Shown: positions 1 through 11,584, counted from the stretch's first letter. The stretch: 64,000 bases of DNA from Candidatus Bathyarchaeota archaeon (GCA_963826715.1 CAWGYA010000008.1:384001-448000); one strand, 5' to 3'. Notes: a model not told the origin generated them from the letters alone. Translations and numbers: made by a program.

Positions 1-120
1 ATGACCCAAATAATCGATTATGTCAAATCGCACCGCATCTACTCCAAAACCGTCCTTGAGAACTGCGTTCGCGGATTCATTGAATACGCCAAATACAAAA
101 CCGCAAAGCAGCAGTCATAA
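1..120 (+). CDS. 3' end of a CDS, probably truncated by the window edge
   Basis: Open frame MTQIIDYVKSHRIYSK...KQQS* ends at TAA 118-120; no function recognised. Confidence 0.5.
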   Translation: MTQIIDYVKSHRIYSKTVLENCVRGFIEYAKYKTAKQQS

Positions 121-143
121 ACGTTTTATAATCTGCTTCTTCT

Positions 144-1643
144 TTGTGTTTCACGGTGAAAAAGTTGGGCGAAAATGAAAGCCGAGCTAACCCTGAACGG
201 GTTCCATTGGAGAAAATTAATGACTACATGTGGCAGATTCCCAAATATAAATCTGGGATGCAGGTTCCCGGAATGGTTTTTGCTGATAAGGCGCTCCTGG
301 AGAAAATGCAGACAGACCGTACACTTTGGCAATGCAGCAACGTCGCACATCTGCCAGGCATCTACAAATACGCGATTACCTTACCTGACGGGCATGAGGG
401 CTACGGTTTCCCTATAGGAGGCGTAGCAGCAACCGACTATAATGACGGCGTCATCAGCCCCGGTGGTGTCGGCTACGATATCAACTGCGGCGTACGACTC
501 CTCCAGACAAACCTCAGCGAGCAGGATATCCGACCTAAACTCTCAGCCCTAACCGAAAGCATATTCCGCAATGTTCCTTCGGGGCTAGGAAGCAAACGGA
601 AAGACTTCACCATATCCAAAGTTGACCTTGAAACCCTTTCTGTGGAAGGTGTAGATTGGCTCATAAGCCGAGGACTTGGCTGGGAAGAAGACGCCAAGCA
701 CTGTGAAGAAAATGGTAAAATGAAAAACGGCAACCCCCACAAAGTCTCCAACACGGCTAAAAACCGCGGGCTCAGCCAAATCGGAACCTTGGGTAGCGGC
801 AACCACTTCCTAGAAATTCAGAAAGTTGACAAAATATTCAATCCCAAAACCGCTAAAGTCTTCGGGCTCACCCATGAGGGACAAGTAACCATTATGATAC
901 ACTGCGGCAGCCGAGGCTATGGGCATCAAATCTGCAGCGACTACCTCCGCGTGATGGAGCATGCAGTTCAGAAATACCAAATCAGTCTTCCCGACCGTGA
1001 ACTCGCCTGTGCACCGGGTAGCAGCCCTGAAGCAAAAGATTACATTGAGGCGATGGCATGCGCTGTTAACTACGCATTTTGTAATCGCCAAGCGATAATG
1101 CATTGGGTTCGCCAGAGTTTCCAACAGGTTTATGGACAAGATCCTGAAAAGTTTGGGTTAAATCTTGTTTACGATGTCGCGCATAATATAGCCAAAGCTG
1201 AAACCCATAGAATTGAGGGTATCAATCGTAGGGTTTGGGTTCACCGAAAAGGAGCAACCCGTGCATTTCCCAAAGGGCATCATGATGTGCCTGACGACTA
1301 TCGCGGTGAAGGACAACCTGTCTTGATTCCGGGTAGCATGGGAACCAGCTCATGGGTTCTGGTGGGCACAGAGAAGGCGATGGATCTCTCTTTTGGCTCA
1401 ACCGCGCATGGAGCTGGACGCATGATGAGCCGCTCTGCGGCCAAGCGTCAGTTTTGGGGAGAAGAAATTAAAAGCAGCCTAGAAAAGCGAGGTATTGCAG
1501 TTCGTGCAACAAGTGCGTCGGTACTCGCTGAAGAAGCTGATTCCGCATACAAGAATGTAGATATGGTGGCGGATGTCAGTGACAGAATCGGAATTGCTAC
1601 TAAGGTCGCACGACTAATACCACTGGCGGTAATAAAGGGCTAA
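144..1643 (+). CDS. rtcB: RtcB tRNA-splicing/RNA ligase
   Basis: Motifs LPDGHEGYGFPIGG, GYDINCG, GSGNHF, HCGSRG, HRKGATRA, STAHGAGR. Likely true start is TTG at 165, after GGTGA. Confidence 0.97.
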   Translation: MCFTVKKLGENESRANPERVPLEKINDYMWQIPKYKSGMQVPGMVFADKALLEKMQTDRTLWQCSNVAHLPGIYKYAITLPDGHEGYGFPIGGVAATDYNDGVISPGGVGYDINCGVRLLQTNLSEQDIRPKLSALTESIFRNVPSGLGSKRKDFTISKVDLETLSVEGVDWLISRGLGWEEDAKHCEENGKMKNGNPHKVSNTAKNRGLSQIGTLGSGNHFLEIQKVDKIFNPKTAKVFGLTHEGQVTIMIHCGSRGYGHQICSDYLRVMEHAVQKYQISLPDRELACAPGSSPEAKDYIEAMACAVNYAFCNRQAIMHWVRQSFQQVYGQDPEKFGLNLVYDVAHNIAKAETHRIEGINRRVWVHRKGATRAFPKGHHDVPDDYRGEGQPVLIPGSMGTSSWVLVGTEKAMDLSFGSTAHGAGRMMSRSAAKRQFWGEEIKSSLEKRGIAVRATSASVLAEEADSAYKNVDMVADVSDRIGIATKVARLIPLAVIKG

Positions 1644-1711
1644 AAAGCCCATTTTTTCTCTCTAAGTAACTTATATTAGCGAATCACCTGTTTTGTCTAT
1701 CGTGAACCGGT

Positions 1712-3067
1712 GTGATTGTTGACTCCGTTTACCTAAATGCCAAAGCTTATCTCAAAGAAGAAATCGTTGATTGCAATCTTGCAATTGAAAATGGTAAGAT
1801 AGAGAAAATCGGCAAAGAAACCCATATGCCTAAAGCTGACCAAAAAATCGACCTCCATAACCTCATGGTTTTACCCGGTCTCATTGATGAGCATGTTCAT
1901 CTTCGGGATGAAGGCAGAGCTTATAAAGAAGACTTCACCTCGGGCACAGCGGCAGCTGCTGCAGGGGGTTTCACATCTGTTCTTGATATGCCAAACAACG
2001 ACCCTGTCACCATGAATGTGGAGCACCTACGTAACCGTATGGCGCTTGCTGGGAGAAAAATTCTTGTAAACGTCGGTTTTTACAGTGAATTCCCAAAGAA
2101 TCCCAATGAGATAAAAAATATTTCCGCGCAAGGCGCAATAGGTTTTAAGCTTTTCATGAACAGCCAAGTGGGCGACTTAGATCTTGATAGTGACTACGCA
2201 ATCGTGGAAGCCATGAAAGCCGTTGCCGACGCAAGGTTACCGCTTGCTATCCACGCCGAAGACAAAGCGTTAATCGTTGCCAACGAAGCCAAACTCAAGC
2301 AAACTAAAAAAAACTCGCCCGTTGACTACCTTCGGGCTCACAGCGAAACTACTGAGTTAGTAGCTATCCAGCACCTTCTAAACCTAAAGGGAAGTAAGGG
2401 CGAGCATCTGCATTTTTGCCATGTCACCAGCCAAGAAGGCTTAGAAGCCATTCGCCAAGCCAAAAAAGAGGAAAGAAACGTAACTTGCGAAGTAACCCCC
2501 AACCACCTCATGCTTCAAAGTAACGATCTAAACCGTTACGGCGCACTCGTGGCTATGGCCCCGCCGCTGCGCAGCAGTATCCACCAAGACGCACTTTGGC
2601 AAGGCATAGAAGACGGGGCAATCGACACTATCGGATCCGATCATGCGCCTCATACGATAGAGGAAAAATCCGCTAGCAACATCTGGGAAGTTAAGGTTGG
2701 CATTCCTGGACTAGAAACCACCCTCCCATTAATGCTGACAATGGTGCACAAAAACAAACTATCCTTAACCCAGGTGGTAGCTCTTCTCGCTGAGAATTCC
2801 GCCAAAATCTACGGCTTAACTGACCGCGGATTAATCAAAGAAGGGAAAGCTGCTGACCTAACCATAATAGATTATAGCCCTTTCAAGCTGGATGCTTCAA
2901 AATTTAAGTCCAAAGCCAAATTCAGTCCCTACAACGGATGGGAGGTTTGGGGTAAAATTTCCAAAACCGTTGTAGCTGGGCAGGTAGTGTTTGAAGACGG
3001 TGAAGTTGTGGCGAAAGGCGGTTCAGGTAGCATAATTCGGGGCGGGCCCCTTGAAGTTTATAGCTGA
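1712..3067 (+). CDS. pyrC: Dihydroorotase (amidohydrolase family)
   Basis: PGLIDEHVHLR, DMPNN, CEVTPNHL, PPLR, GSDHAPH and GIPGLET motifs. Confidence 0.88.
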   Translation: MIVDSVYLNAKAYLKEEIVDCNLAIENGKIEKIGKETHMPKADQKIDLHNLMVLPGLIDEHVHLRDEGRAYKEDFTSGTAAAAAGGFTSVLDMPNNDPVTMNVEHLRNRMALAGRKILVNVGFYSEFPKNPNEIKNISAQGAIGFKLFMNSQVGDLDLDSDYAIVEAMKAVADARLPLAIHAEDKALIVANEAKLKQTKKNSPVDYLRAHSETTELVAIQHLLNLKGSKGEHLHFCHVTSQEGLEAIRQAKKEERNVTCEVTPNHLMLQSNDLNRYGALVAMAPPLRSSIHQDALWQGIEDGAIDTIGSDHAPHTIEEKSASNIWEVKVGIPGLETTLPLMLTMVHKNKLSLTQVVALLAENSAKIYGLTDRGLIKEGKAADLTIIDYSPFKLDASKFKSKAKFSPYNGWEVWGKISKTVVAGQVVFEDGEVVAKGGSGSIIRGGPLEVYS

Positions 3068-3557
3068 TGCAATGCTAGGGAAGTTAGCCCGGTTCCTACG
3101 AATGATGGGCCAAGATGTAATTTATTTAACTCAACTGGGCGATAATGAACTTCTAATCTTGACGAAGATTAAGGACAGTATATTGTTAACAAGGGATTTA
3201 GAACTTTACAAACGCGCCATATCCCAAGGCTTAAATTCTTTTTATGTTGAGGGCAATAGGGTACCCGCGCAGCTATCAGAGGTTACCAAACGCTATGGAG
3301 TACCGCTGGATATTGACATGGACAAATCCTATTGCCCTCTGTGCAACATCAAACTTGCCATAGCAACGAAAGAGCAAGTCAAAAATAAATTAGAACCAAA
3401 CACTTACCTTTACTGCGAGCAGTTCTGGCAATGTCCCAACTGCGAACAAATTTACTGGCAAGGATCCCACTGGAAACAAATAAGAAAAACATTAAAACAA
3501 GCGCAACAAAATTTTGTAAAAACAGAAAATGAAACTGGCGTTAAGAAAGCCATTTAA
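3051..3557 (+). CDS. Mut7-C (PIN-fold) RNase-domain protein with Zn ribbon
   Basis: [25 protein letters not shown]...CPNC..IYWQGSH. Confidence 0.9.
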   Translation: MKFIADAMLGKLARFLRMMGQDVIYLTQLGDNELLILTKIKDSILLTRDLELYKRAISQGLNSFYVEGNRVPAQLSEVTKRYGVPLDIDMDKSYCPLCNIKLAIATKEQVKNKLEPNTYLYCEQFWQCPNCEQIYWQGSHWKQIRKTLKQAQQNFVKTENETGVKKAI

Positions 3558-3783
3558 GAGGTATATCTTGGAAGGTCCCGTCTGGCAATGTCCTTCGAAT
3601 AGTAATGGGCAGAACACCTGCTTCAAGTTCGGTAACTGCAATATCTATCGGATTTGTGTTATCTTCTGCTTCAACCAAGATTGGGGCGCCCATCGAGATC
3701 TGCAATGCACGTGCACCGACAATTCTTGCTTTCTCGAAGCGAGTGATTTTGGGTGGACCAACAATTATTTTTTGACTTGACAT
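3541..3783 (-). CDS. rpoK: RNA polymerase subunit Rpo6 (K)
   Basis: [21 protein letters not shown] signature. Confidence 0.97.
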   Translation of the reverse strand: MSSQKIIVGPPKITRFEKARIVGARALQISMGAPILVEAEDNTNPIDIAVTELEAGVLPITIRRTLPDGTFQDIPLKWLS

Positions 3784-3786
3784 CTA

Positions 3787-5466
3787 TTACATCATTCCTG
3801 GCATTCCACCCATACCGCCCATGCCCATTCCGCCGCCTGGCATGCCTCCTCCTGGTGGCATCGGAGGAGTCTTCATTTTTGCTGTTGAGATTACATCGTC
3901 GATTTTGAGAATCATTGAAGCTGCTTCGTTGGCTGACTTTATAATTTGTTTCTTCACTGATAATGGCTCGTAAACGTCAAGCTTTGTCATGTCTGAAACT
4001 TTGCCTTCCACAACGTTGATCCCTGCCCAAGTTTGCCCCTTTTCATGAGCGGCACGAAGTTGTGTGAGTAAATCGATAGGATCAAATCCAGCGTTCTCAG
4101 CTAATGTGATTGCGATAGTTTCAAGTGATTCTGCGAAGACGCGTACTGCAAATTGCTCTCTACCCGATAGGGTTTGAGCATACTTTTTTAGGACATTTGC
4201 CATTTCCATTTCCGATGCTGCGCCTCCTGCAACGACAAATGGTTCCTCAATCAGGTCTTTTATGACGCAGAGGGCATCATGGATGGAACGTTCAGCTTCA
4301 GCAGTTAATCTTTGGTTTCCTCCTCGGATAAGAAGGGTTACGGATTTGGGGTTTTTACAGCCCTCTATGTAGGTCATTTTGTCATCGCCTGTCTTGCGTT
4401 CTTCCACAAGCGCTGCTTCTCCAAGGTCTGCTGCTGAAAGAGAGTCTATGTTACTGATGATTTTACCGCCTGTTGCCCTAGCGAGTTTTTCCATGTCTGA
4501 TTTTTTGGCTCTGCGGATGGCAATTATGCCTTTACGGGAGAGGAAATGTTGTGCCATGTCGTCAATGCCTTTCTGGCAAATAACCACGTTGGCGCCACTG
4601 GCAAGAATCTTATCCACCATACCTCTTAGCATTGCTTCTTCTTGTTTTAGAAAAGCTTCGATCTGAGCAGGGTTCTCAATGTTAATTTTAGCATCTATCT
4701 CTGGCTTCTCGTTCTCTAAGGAAGTATCCAAAAGTGCAATTTTGGCTTTCTCTAATCGTTTGGGCATACCGCTGTGTACGATTTCTTTGTCGAGCAAGAT
4801 ACCTTGGATGAGGCTTGTGTCTGCGAGTGATTCACCGTTTTTCTTTTCCACTTTCACGTCGTCTACGTCTACTTTCAAACCGTTCTCGGTTTTTTCTGAG
4901 ACAGATAGCATAGCTTTGACCGCTATGTCAGCGAGATATTCTTTATATTCAGAAACAATTTTACTGCCCATGGCAGTTACAGCAACTTTTTTGAGGTAAT
5001 CTGTTTTCTTCAAATCAACGGGAAGCGCAATTTTATCGAGAGTTGCCAATGCTTTCTCTGCTGCCAACTTGTAACCGTCGATGATTATGGTTGGGTGGAT
5101 GTTTTTGTCGATAAGTTCCTCTGCTTTTGCAAGAAGTTCGCCTGCGACGATAACGCTGCTTGTAGTACCATCTCCGGCTTCTTTATCCTGCGTTTTAGCG
5201 ACTTCTACCAGCATCTTCGCGGCAGGATGCTGAATATCCATTTCATCGAGTATTGTTCTACCGTCGTTGGTTATGGTGACATCGCCAAAACTGTCCACCA
5301 ACATTTTATCCATGCCTTTGGGTCCAAGGGCACTTCGAACGGATTCAGCTACAACTTTGGCAGCCATTATGTTACTGTGCTGGGCTTCTCTACCGCGACT
5401 GCGTTTTGAGCCTTCTTTAAGAACCATAATGGGTATTCCGCCTGTTTGAGTTGGTGCTGTTGACAA
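3787..5466 (-). CDS. ths: Thermosome (group II chaperonin) subunit
   Basis: [21 protein letters not shown] and GGM-rich C-terminal tail; TTG start after GGAGG. Confidence 0.97.
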   Translation of the reverse strand: MSTAPTQTGGIPIMVLKEGSKRSRGREAQHSNIMAAKVVAESVRSALGPKGMDKMLVDSFGDVTITNDGRTILDEMDIQHPAAKMLVEVAKTQDKEAGDGTTSSVIVAGELLAKAEELIDKNIHPTIIIDGYKLAAEKALATLDKIALPVDLKKTDYLKKVAVTAMGSKIVSEYKEYLADIAVKAMLSVSEKTENGLKVDVDDVKVEKKNGESLADTSLIQGILLDKEIVHSGMPKRLEKAKIALLDTSLENEKPEIDAKINIENPAQIEAFLKQEEAMLRGMVDKILASGANVVICQKGIDDMAQHFLSRKGIIAIRRAKKSDMEKLARATGGKIISNIDSLSAADLGEAALVEERKTGDDKMTYIEGCKNPKSVTLLIRGGNQRLTAEAERSIHDALCVIKDLIEEPFVVAGGAASEMEMANVLKKYAQTLSGREQFAVRVFAESLETIAITLAENAGFDPIDLLTQLRAAHEKGQTWAGINVVEGKVSDMTKLDVYEPLSVKKQIIKSANEAASMILKIDDVISTAKMKTPPMPPGGGMPGGGMGMGGMGGMPGMM

Positions 5467-5620
5467 ATCAAGTAACCTCCATTAATGCGAACAACAACAT
5501 GACATCATTAGCCATATAAGTTTTTCTAGGGCATGCACGTTGATGAAATCCACCTGCAAGCGGTTTCTGAATCATTTAGCTATTTTTTAGCTATCAGGCA
5601 CTATTTTAGTGCTGTGTAAA

Positions 5621-6124
5621 TTAATACACCGAAACTTTGGCTACACCTGTTATTTTCAGTAGCTCTGGTATGAGTTCTCCAGGAATTTTTCTTTCAACTA
5701 TGAATGTGAGTTTTGGTTCCGGCGAGAGTTCTGGATCATCTACTATGGCTTGACGAATACTTAGACCTGCTTTGTTTAAGGCAGTGGCGGCATTGCTGAG
5801 GATACCTGCTGAGCGAGCGTTTATGGGGGTGATTTCAACTACGCCGAGATTTAGTTGTTTGGCGATTTCTTTTAGGGAGTGCCCTGCTGGGCGGATTTCT
5901 TCGAAAATCATACGAAGTGCGGGATTCTCTTTGATTGTTGTTAGAGTTTCGTTGACCGTGCGACGGTCAACGTTCGCAACTCTCGCAATGCGGATTGGTG
6001 GAATTTCAATTTGATTAAGGAATATTTTGTCGTCTCTGGCTGAGAGTCCGTTTTCGATGAGGACACGCGCTATTTTGAGGCGTTCGGGATAGGCTTCAAG
6101 TTGGGTTTTAATTTTATTCCACAT
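5621..6124 (-). CDS. trpY: TrpY-like regulator (HTH + ACT)
   Basis: MW..IK...YP start, VDRRTV helix, SIRQAIVDDPE ACT region; divergent from trpB2. Confidence 0.8.
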   Translation of the reverse strand: MWNKIKTQLEAYPERLKIARVLIENGLSARDDKIFLNQIEIPPIRIARVANVDRRTVNETLTTIKENPALRMIFEEIRPAGHSLKEIAKQLNLGVVEITPINARSAGILSNAATALNKAGLSIRQAIVDDPELSPEPKLTFIVERKIPGELIPELLKITGVAKVSVY

Positions 6125-6180
6125 TTAAGGTCGCTTGTGCGTATTCTGTTCTTTTAAGTATAAATGTGTTGTTTAAGAAG

Positions 6181-6206
6181 TGAGCAAACATGTACATAAA
6201 CATACA
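6181..6206. promoter_or_regulatory. Tandem TRP-box-like operator
   Basis: TGAGCA-N4-TGTACA-N4-CATACA between trpY and trpB2; TGTACA is the established TrpY box. Confidence 0.65.
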
Positions 6207-6266
6207 CAAAAGCCTTAAATAAAACTTTAAAGAACAATTTACTACCTAATTTACAGGCGAAATATC

Positions 6267-7679
6267 TTGCCAGACAAAAAAATCCTACTTCCAGAATCAG
6301 AAATACCAAAACAATGGTACAATATAGTCCCCGATTTACCACACCCCTTACCTCCTTTCATAGACCCAGAAACCAAGCAGCCGGGTGTAGGGATCGTCCC
6401 CAAAATCTTCCCTAAAGAAATAATCGGCCAAGAGATCAGCCAAGAACGCTGGATAAATATTCCCGACGAAGTTAGAGAAATTTACAAAATCTGGAGACCT
6501 AGTCCCCTTATCAGGGCAACCCGTCTTGAGAAGGCTCTCAAAACTCCCGCTAAAATCTACTACAAATACGAAGGGGTCAGCCCTGCAGGAAGCCATAAAA
6601 CCAACACGGCAGTTCCCCAAGCCTACTACAACATGAAAGAAGGCATCACCCGCGTCTCAACCGAAACTGGCGCCGGACAATGGGGCAGCGCACTTTCTTT
6701 TGCAGCCATGACTTTCGGCCTTAAAGCAGTAATCTATATGGTCCGTGCCAGCTATGACCAAAAACCTTACCGAAAAATGCTCATGAAAGCCTTCGGGGGG
6801 GAATGTATCGCAAGCCCGAGCAACAGAACTGATGCAGGTAGAAAAATCCTTGCTGAAGATCCAAATAACAGAGGCAGTCTCGGCATTGCTATTAGCGAAG
6901 CCGTCGAAGACGCCTTAGTGAGCAAAGAAAAAACCAACTATACCATCGGGAGCGTCTTTAATCATGTTTGCCTGCACCAGACCGTGGAAGGTTTAGAAGC
7001 TAAAAAACAGCTTGAAATGGTAGATGACTACCCGGATGTGATTTATGGTTGCATCGGCGGAGGCAGCAGCTACTCAGGTCTCATGTGGCCCTTCTACTAC
7101 GACAAAATCACAAAGAAGGCACCTAAAGAATGCAAGTTCATTGCTACAGAAGCCACAGCCTGCCCCAAAGTTACCAAGGGACAGTACCAATACGACCATG
7201 GCGATACCGCCAAACTCACCCCTCTTGTGCCCATGCATACTCTCGGCCATGACTTTATACCTGCGCCCATTCACGCAGGTGGACTAAGATACCACGGCAT
7301 CGCACCAACAATCAGCGTACTAACCCAAACCAAGCAGATGACTACTGAAGCGTACAGCCAAGTCGAAGTCTTCGATGCAGCCAAACTCTTTATCCAAAGT
7401 GAAGGCATAATACCCGCTCCTGAACCCAGCCACGCGATAAAAGGCGCCATCGACGAAGCACTCCGATGCAAACAAACAGGCGAAGAAAAAACCATTTTGT
7501 TTGTGCTCTGCGGCCACGGCTTTTTTGACATGTCAGCCTACGACGAATACTTTAGCGGCAAACTTCAACCCTACGAATACCCCACTGAGAAGGTTGCTGA
7601 ATCAATGGATAAACTGCATAAGCTCTATCCCTGGCTAAACGAAGTCAATAAACAATACATCAGCTGCGAACCGTACTAA
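6267..7679 (+). CDS. trpB2: Tryptophan synthase beta chain, type 2
   Basis: [14 protein letters not shown] (PLP Lys), [19 protein letters not shown]; no adjacent trpA. Confidence 0.95.
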   Translation: MPDKKILLPESEIPKQWYNIVPDLPHPLPPFIDPETKQPGVGIVPKIFPKEIIGQEISQERWINIPDEVREIYKIWRPSPLIRATRLEKALKTPAKIYYKYEGVSPAGSHKTNTAVPQAYYNMKEGITRVSTETGAGQWGSALSFAAMTFGLKAVIYMVRASYDQKPYRKMLMKAFGGECIASPSNRTDAGRKILAEDPNNRGSLGIAISEAVEDALVSKEKTNYTIGSVFNHVCLHQTVEGLEAKKQLEMVDDYPDVIYGCIGGGSSYSGLMWPFYYDKITKKAPKECKFIATEATACPKVTKGQYQYDHGDTAKLTPLVPMHTLGHDFIPAPIHAGGLRYHGIAPTISVLTQTKQMTTEAYSQVEVFDAAKLFIQSEGIIPAPEPSHAIKGAIDEALRCKQTGEEKTILFVLCGHGFFDMSAYDEYFSGKLQPYEYPTEKVAESMDKLHKLYPWLNEVNKQYISCEPY

Positions 7680-7704
7680 TTTAACAACCATCCTTTCTTA
7701 TTTT

Positions 7705-8243
7705 TTATTTTAGTTCTTTCAACAAGATTTTAGCTTCAGGTGTTAGTTTGGGCTTGCTTCTTTTGCCAACAATTAAGAACAGCGATCCAACCAGAATCAA
7801 TGCTGCCCCAAAAACGCTGTACTTTCCTTGGGCAAAAAACCAAAGGTAGTTCCGATAGTAAAGAAAATTATGGCTATGCCCATGGTAACCATTATCCAGT
7901 TGCTCATAGCCGCAGTGGAGTAAAGAGCGAACTCTTTTTTTCCTGTGTCAGTAACCTGGAAGTAAGATTGTTTCTCCTCTAGCATACCTGCGCTAATGAG
8001 GTAGTTCCAGTCGTAGTGAAAGTGCCCATCGGACTTATAGCCCAATGCAGAGCTTATTGCGGATTTTATGCCTGGCACCGCTTTTATGTGACTGTTGGGG
8101 GCAGAATAAATCAGATACAGCAGCCTAGTTCTTGGCGACTGAATATCCGCGCTTATACCCCTTGACTTAACCAATTGACAAATCAAACCTGCCAGTGGTA
8201 TGTGGCTACATTTGAAATAAAAAGTTATACTGACTTTTTTCAA
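7705..8243 (-). pseudogene. Winged-helix-like plus membrane protein with apparent frameshift
   Basis: The annotated frame ends at 7797. One extra base in the T5G4 run (7806-7814) gives FFGAALILVGSLFLIVGKRSKPKLTPEAKILLKELK*, stop at 7705. Confidence 0.65.
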
Positions 8244-8394
8244 TATTTTCGACTAAATTGTCGTTTAACTTTGACTCTAACCCTTAGAGTTCCCCGTCTA
8301 AAAGTAGGTTCTTCCATATCAGCAGTATTCTAAATGTTAGGGCTATATCTCGAATTCAACTTTATTCAAACCAGAGAAAATCGGAGGAAAAATC

Positions 8395-9015
8395 ATGAAT
8401 GTAAATTTTGAATATGCCAAAACATTGGCTGGTGAAGGAGCAATTCTTCTTTTGCTCGGTTTAATTCCATATATAGGTTGGGTATTATCTATAGTAGGCA
8501 TAGTTCTGTTAATGAAAGGAATGAAAGAATTTTCATATTACTATCAAGACGAATCTATCTACAGAAACGCGCTCACTGGAATCAAATACTACATAGTCGC
8601 AATAATTGCAGCCGCGGTAGCGATAATAGCAATTGTTGTTGGAGCTGCTTCTGCAACAGCCTTATTCGCAGGTAACTTCTTATTCACCGCAGGTTTCGCA
8701 CTGGGATTAATAGCCTTCTTAGCAGGTATAGTAGCAGCATTTGTGTTCTTCCTACTTGTAGCTACACACTTGAAGAAAACTTTCCATACTCTTGCAGAAA
8801 AAACAAGTGAAGGCTCATTTGAAACCGCAAGCACTTTATTCTGGGTGGGCTCAATACTAACAATCTTCTTTGGTATCGGATTGCTTCTAATATTCATCTC
8901 TTGGATATTCGCAACAATTGGCTTTTTCAGTATGAAGAGCCGCACATACCAACAATATCCACAAAGCAACAACAGCTATACTACAGCTTCACCAACTAGC
9001 CCTAACCTACTATAA
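8395..9015 (+). CDS. DUF996-like membrane protein
   Basis: Four hydrophobic segments, KTLAGEGAILLLL start, typical archaeal DUF996 layout; GAGG SD. Confidence 0.75.
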   Translation: MNVNFEYAKTLAGEGAILLLLGLIPYIGWVLSIVGIVLLMKGMKEFSYYYQDESIYRNALTGIKYYIVAIIAAAVAIIAIVVGAASATALFAGNFLFTAGFALGLIAFLAGIVAAFVFFLLVATHLKKTFHTLAEKTSEGSFETASTLFWVGSILTIFFGIGLLLIFISWIFATIGFFSMKSRTYQQYPQSNNSYTTASPTSPNLL

Positions 9016-9105
9016 ACAAGGGGAAAAAATGTAAGCTCTATGATCTCCCCAAACTTTCTCTTTTTATTACTCCTCGCATGTATTTACTAACTAGGTTAAG
9101 CAACT

Positions 9106-10239
9106 TTGACACCATCCAAGTCAATTTCAACCAAAACAATCGGGTTAATCGTGAACCCTGTAGCCGGCATGGGCGGCGCCGTCGGACTCAAAGGTACAGA
9201 CGGCAAACAGATTCTCGATCAAGCCGTTGCCTTGGGCGCTAAGCCCGTAGCGAAAAAAAGGGCAGAAACCTTCCTCTCCGAATTATCAACCGCCAAGCGA
9301 CATCTTAAATTAGTCGTGGGTGCAGGCGAAATGGGTGAAAATGAGGCAAAGAAGCAGAAATACGCCTACATCGTTGTGGGAGAAACAAAAACTGAAACTA
9401 CAGCGCAGGATACTCAATCCGTTGCCAAAGCAATATTGGAGAGGGGGGTTGATTTGCTGGTCTTCTGCGGTGGTGATGGCACAACCCGGGATATCCAAAA
9501 GGCTGTCGATAACAACCTTCCTGTCCTGGGTGTACCCACTGGTGTGAAGATGCATAGTGCCTTGTTTGCTGTTAGTCCCCAGGGAGCAGCACGAGTTGCA
9601 ATTCAATTCCTTTGGGGGGGATTGCCGGTAAGGGAAGCAGAAGTTATGGATGTTGATGAACAGGCATTCCGCCAAGGGCATGTTTCCGCAGAACTATTCG
9701 GTTACATGCTCAGCCCTTTTGAGCCGCATCTGATTCAAGGCAACAAAATGGCATCTCCTATGACTGAAAATGAAGTGGAAAACCAAGCAGCCATAGCCGT
9801 CTATATAATTGAGGAAATGCAACCCAACATACTCTATATCGTCGGACCAGGTACTACCACCCGCACTATCGCTGACCTCTTAGACCAGAAAAAAACGCTT
9901 CTAGGAGTGGACCTCTTCTTGAACAAGAAAATCGTCTTCAAAGACGTTAACGAAAAACAAATCCTTCAAGAAACTAACAATAAACTCGCCAAAATCATTG
10001 TAACACCCATTGGCGGTCAGGGATTCATCTTCGGGCGTGGCAATCAGCAGATAAGTAACTTAGTTATCCGCAAAGTTGGTTTAGACAACATTTCTGTCAT
10101 CGCGACAAAAAGCAAACTCGATAAGCTCAAGAGTCTTCGAGTGGATACAGGCGACCACGAATTGGATTGTGCCTTCAAGACTCGAGGAGTCGTTGTGGTC
10201 ACCGACTACAAGACCACTCAAGAATTAACGGTTGAGTAA
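9106..10239 (+). CDS. ATP-NAD kinase/AcoX family protein
   Basis: VNPVAGMGG.VGLKGTDG, GGDGTTRD, GVKMHS, GGQGFIFGRGNQQ. Confidence 0.9.
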   Translation: MTPSKSISTKTIGLIVNPVAGMGGAVGLKGTDGKQILDQAVALGAKPVAKKRAETFLSELSTAKRHLKLVVGAGEMGENEAKKQKYAYIVVGETKTETTAQDTQSVAKAILERGVDLLVFCGGDGTTRDIQKAVDNNLPVLGVPTGVKMHSALFAVSPQGAARVAIQFLWGGLPVREAEVMDVDEQAFRQGHVSAELFGYMLSPFEPHLIQGNKMASPMTENEVENQAAIAVYIIEEMQPNILYIVGPGTTTRTIADLLDQKKTLLGVDLFLNKKIVFKDVNEKQILQETNNKLAKIIVTPIGGQGFIFGRGNQQISNLVIRKVGLDNISVIATKSKLDKLKSLRVDTGDHELDCAFKTRGVVVVTDYKTTQELTVE

Positions 10240-10456
10240 AGAGGTCTTCCGCTGATCTGCCTTACTATATTCCTTAACTAAACTGCTGTGATATTCAACA
10301 TTAAGACGATTTTTATCAGCGACATAATATTTTAACAGATTGGTCTGGATTCAGAGTAGATAATTAACTCCATTTTTTGACATTGCTAATATACCGAATT
10401 TCACCTGTCTTCAACAGTATATTATTCGAGATAATTGAAATATACAAGCGCGCATT

Positions 10457-11584
10457 ATGCTACCAAGTGAGGTACAAAAAGTGATACCTATCAACAAGCC
10501 ATCAACCGACGAGGCGGAAGTCCAAGCAGTAATTGAAGTAATGCGCAAAGGACCTTTAACCAGCGCTTTGGGTGCAGGTCCCCAAGTTGTGGCATTCGAG
10601 AAAGGTTTTGCCGAGTTTGCAGGTGCTAAACACGCTATTGCAGTCAACACTGGCACTGCAGCATTGCATGCAGCCGTTATGGCAGTCGGGGTAAGCCGTG
10701 ATGATGAAGTTATCCTACCCAGTTTTACCTTTGTTGCAACTGCCGAAGCCGTTGTATTGGCTGGCGGCAAACCGGTTTTCGCCGACATTGATCCTATAAC
10801 TTACAATCTCGCTCCTTGTGCCGTTGAGAAGGTAATTACCAAAAGAACTAAAGCAATTCTGCCAGTGGATCTTTACGGCTACTCAGCAGACATGAAACCC
10901 CTGCGTGAGATCGCGGCTAAGCAGGGATTGGCTTTGATTGAGGATGCGGCTCAAGCGCATGGATCAACATACATGCGCAAACCAGCAGGTAGCTTTGCAG
11001 ACGCAGCATGTTGGAGCCTCTATGCGAGCAAAAACATGATGACTGGAGAAGGTGGAATGGTAACCACTAACAGCGATGATGTCGACGTCACTCTGCGGAT
11101 GATACGTACGCATGGTGAAAAAGCCAAGTATTCTTCGCTTATACTGGGTACTAACTATCGCATGTCAGAGCTTCAAGCCGCCATCGGAAACGTGCAAATG
11201 CAGAAATTACCCCAGTTCATCGCAAAGCGCCACAAAAATGCAGAGCAGCTCACAAAAATTCTTCAAAAGTCAAATAAGCTTACTTTACCTTGTGAATCTG
11301 CTGATATGCAGCATAGCTGGTACCTTTACACGGCGCGACTAAACAGCGGCAATGAAGAGCAACGAAACAAACTGCTTTTTGACCTCAAAACAAAAGGGAT
11401 AGGTGCTGAAGCATACTATGTGAACCCTGTGCATTTGATGCCATTTTATCGCGAAAACTACCCAAGCCCGGTCTTACTCGAAACCGACCGTGCTTCAAAG
11501 CAAGTGTTTTCATTGCCCATTCACCCTGAAGTCACATCTGAAGAGATAAGCTTCATAGGCGAAACCGTACTTTCCCTTCTGTAG
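10457..11584 (+). CDS. DegT/DnrJ/EryC1/StrS sugar aminotransferase
   Basis: GTAALH, TFVAT, IEDAAQAHG, SKNMMTGEGG, NYRMSE, LPIHP. Probable start is GTG 10481. Confidence 0.95.
   Translation: MLPSEVQKVIPINKPSTDEAEVQAVIEVMRKGPLTSALGAGPQVVAFEKGFAEFAGAKHAIAVNTGTAALHAAVMAVGVSRDDEVILPSFTFVATAEAVVLAGGKPVFADIDPITYNLAPCAVEKVITKRTKAILPVDLYGYSADMKPLREIAAKQGLALIEDAAQAHGSTYMRKPAGSFADAACWSLYASKNMMTGEGGMVTTNSDDVDVTLRMIRTHGEKAKYSSLILGTNYRMSELQAAIGNVQMQKLPQFIAKRHKNAEQLTKILQKSNKLTLPCESADMQHSWYLYTARLNSGNEEQRNKLLFDLKTKGIGAEAYYVNPVHLMPFYRENYPSPVLLETDRASKQVFSLPIHPEVTSEEISFIGETVLSLL

Noticed and set aside
3787-3860. GGM-coding low-complexity repeat
   Set aside because: Normal chaperonin C-terminal tail.
5540-5570. 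TTGATGA...CTGA resembling a box C/D sRNA
   Set aside because: Only 20 nt between the boxes, no C'/D' boxes and no terminal stem.
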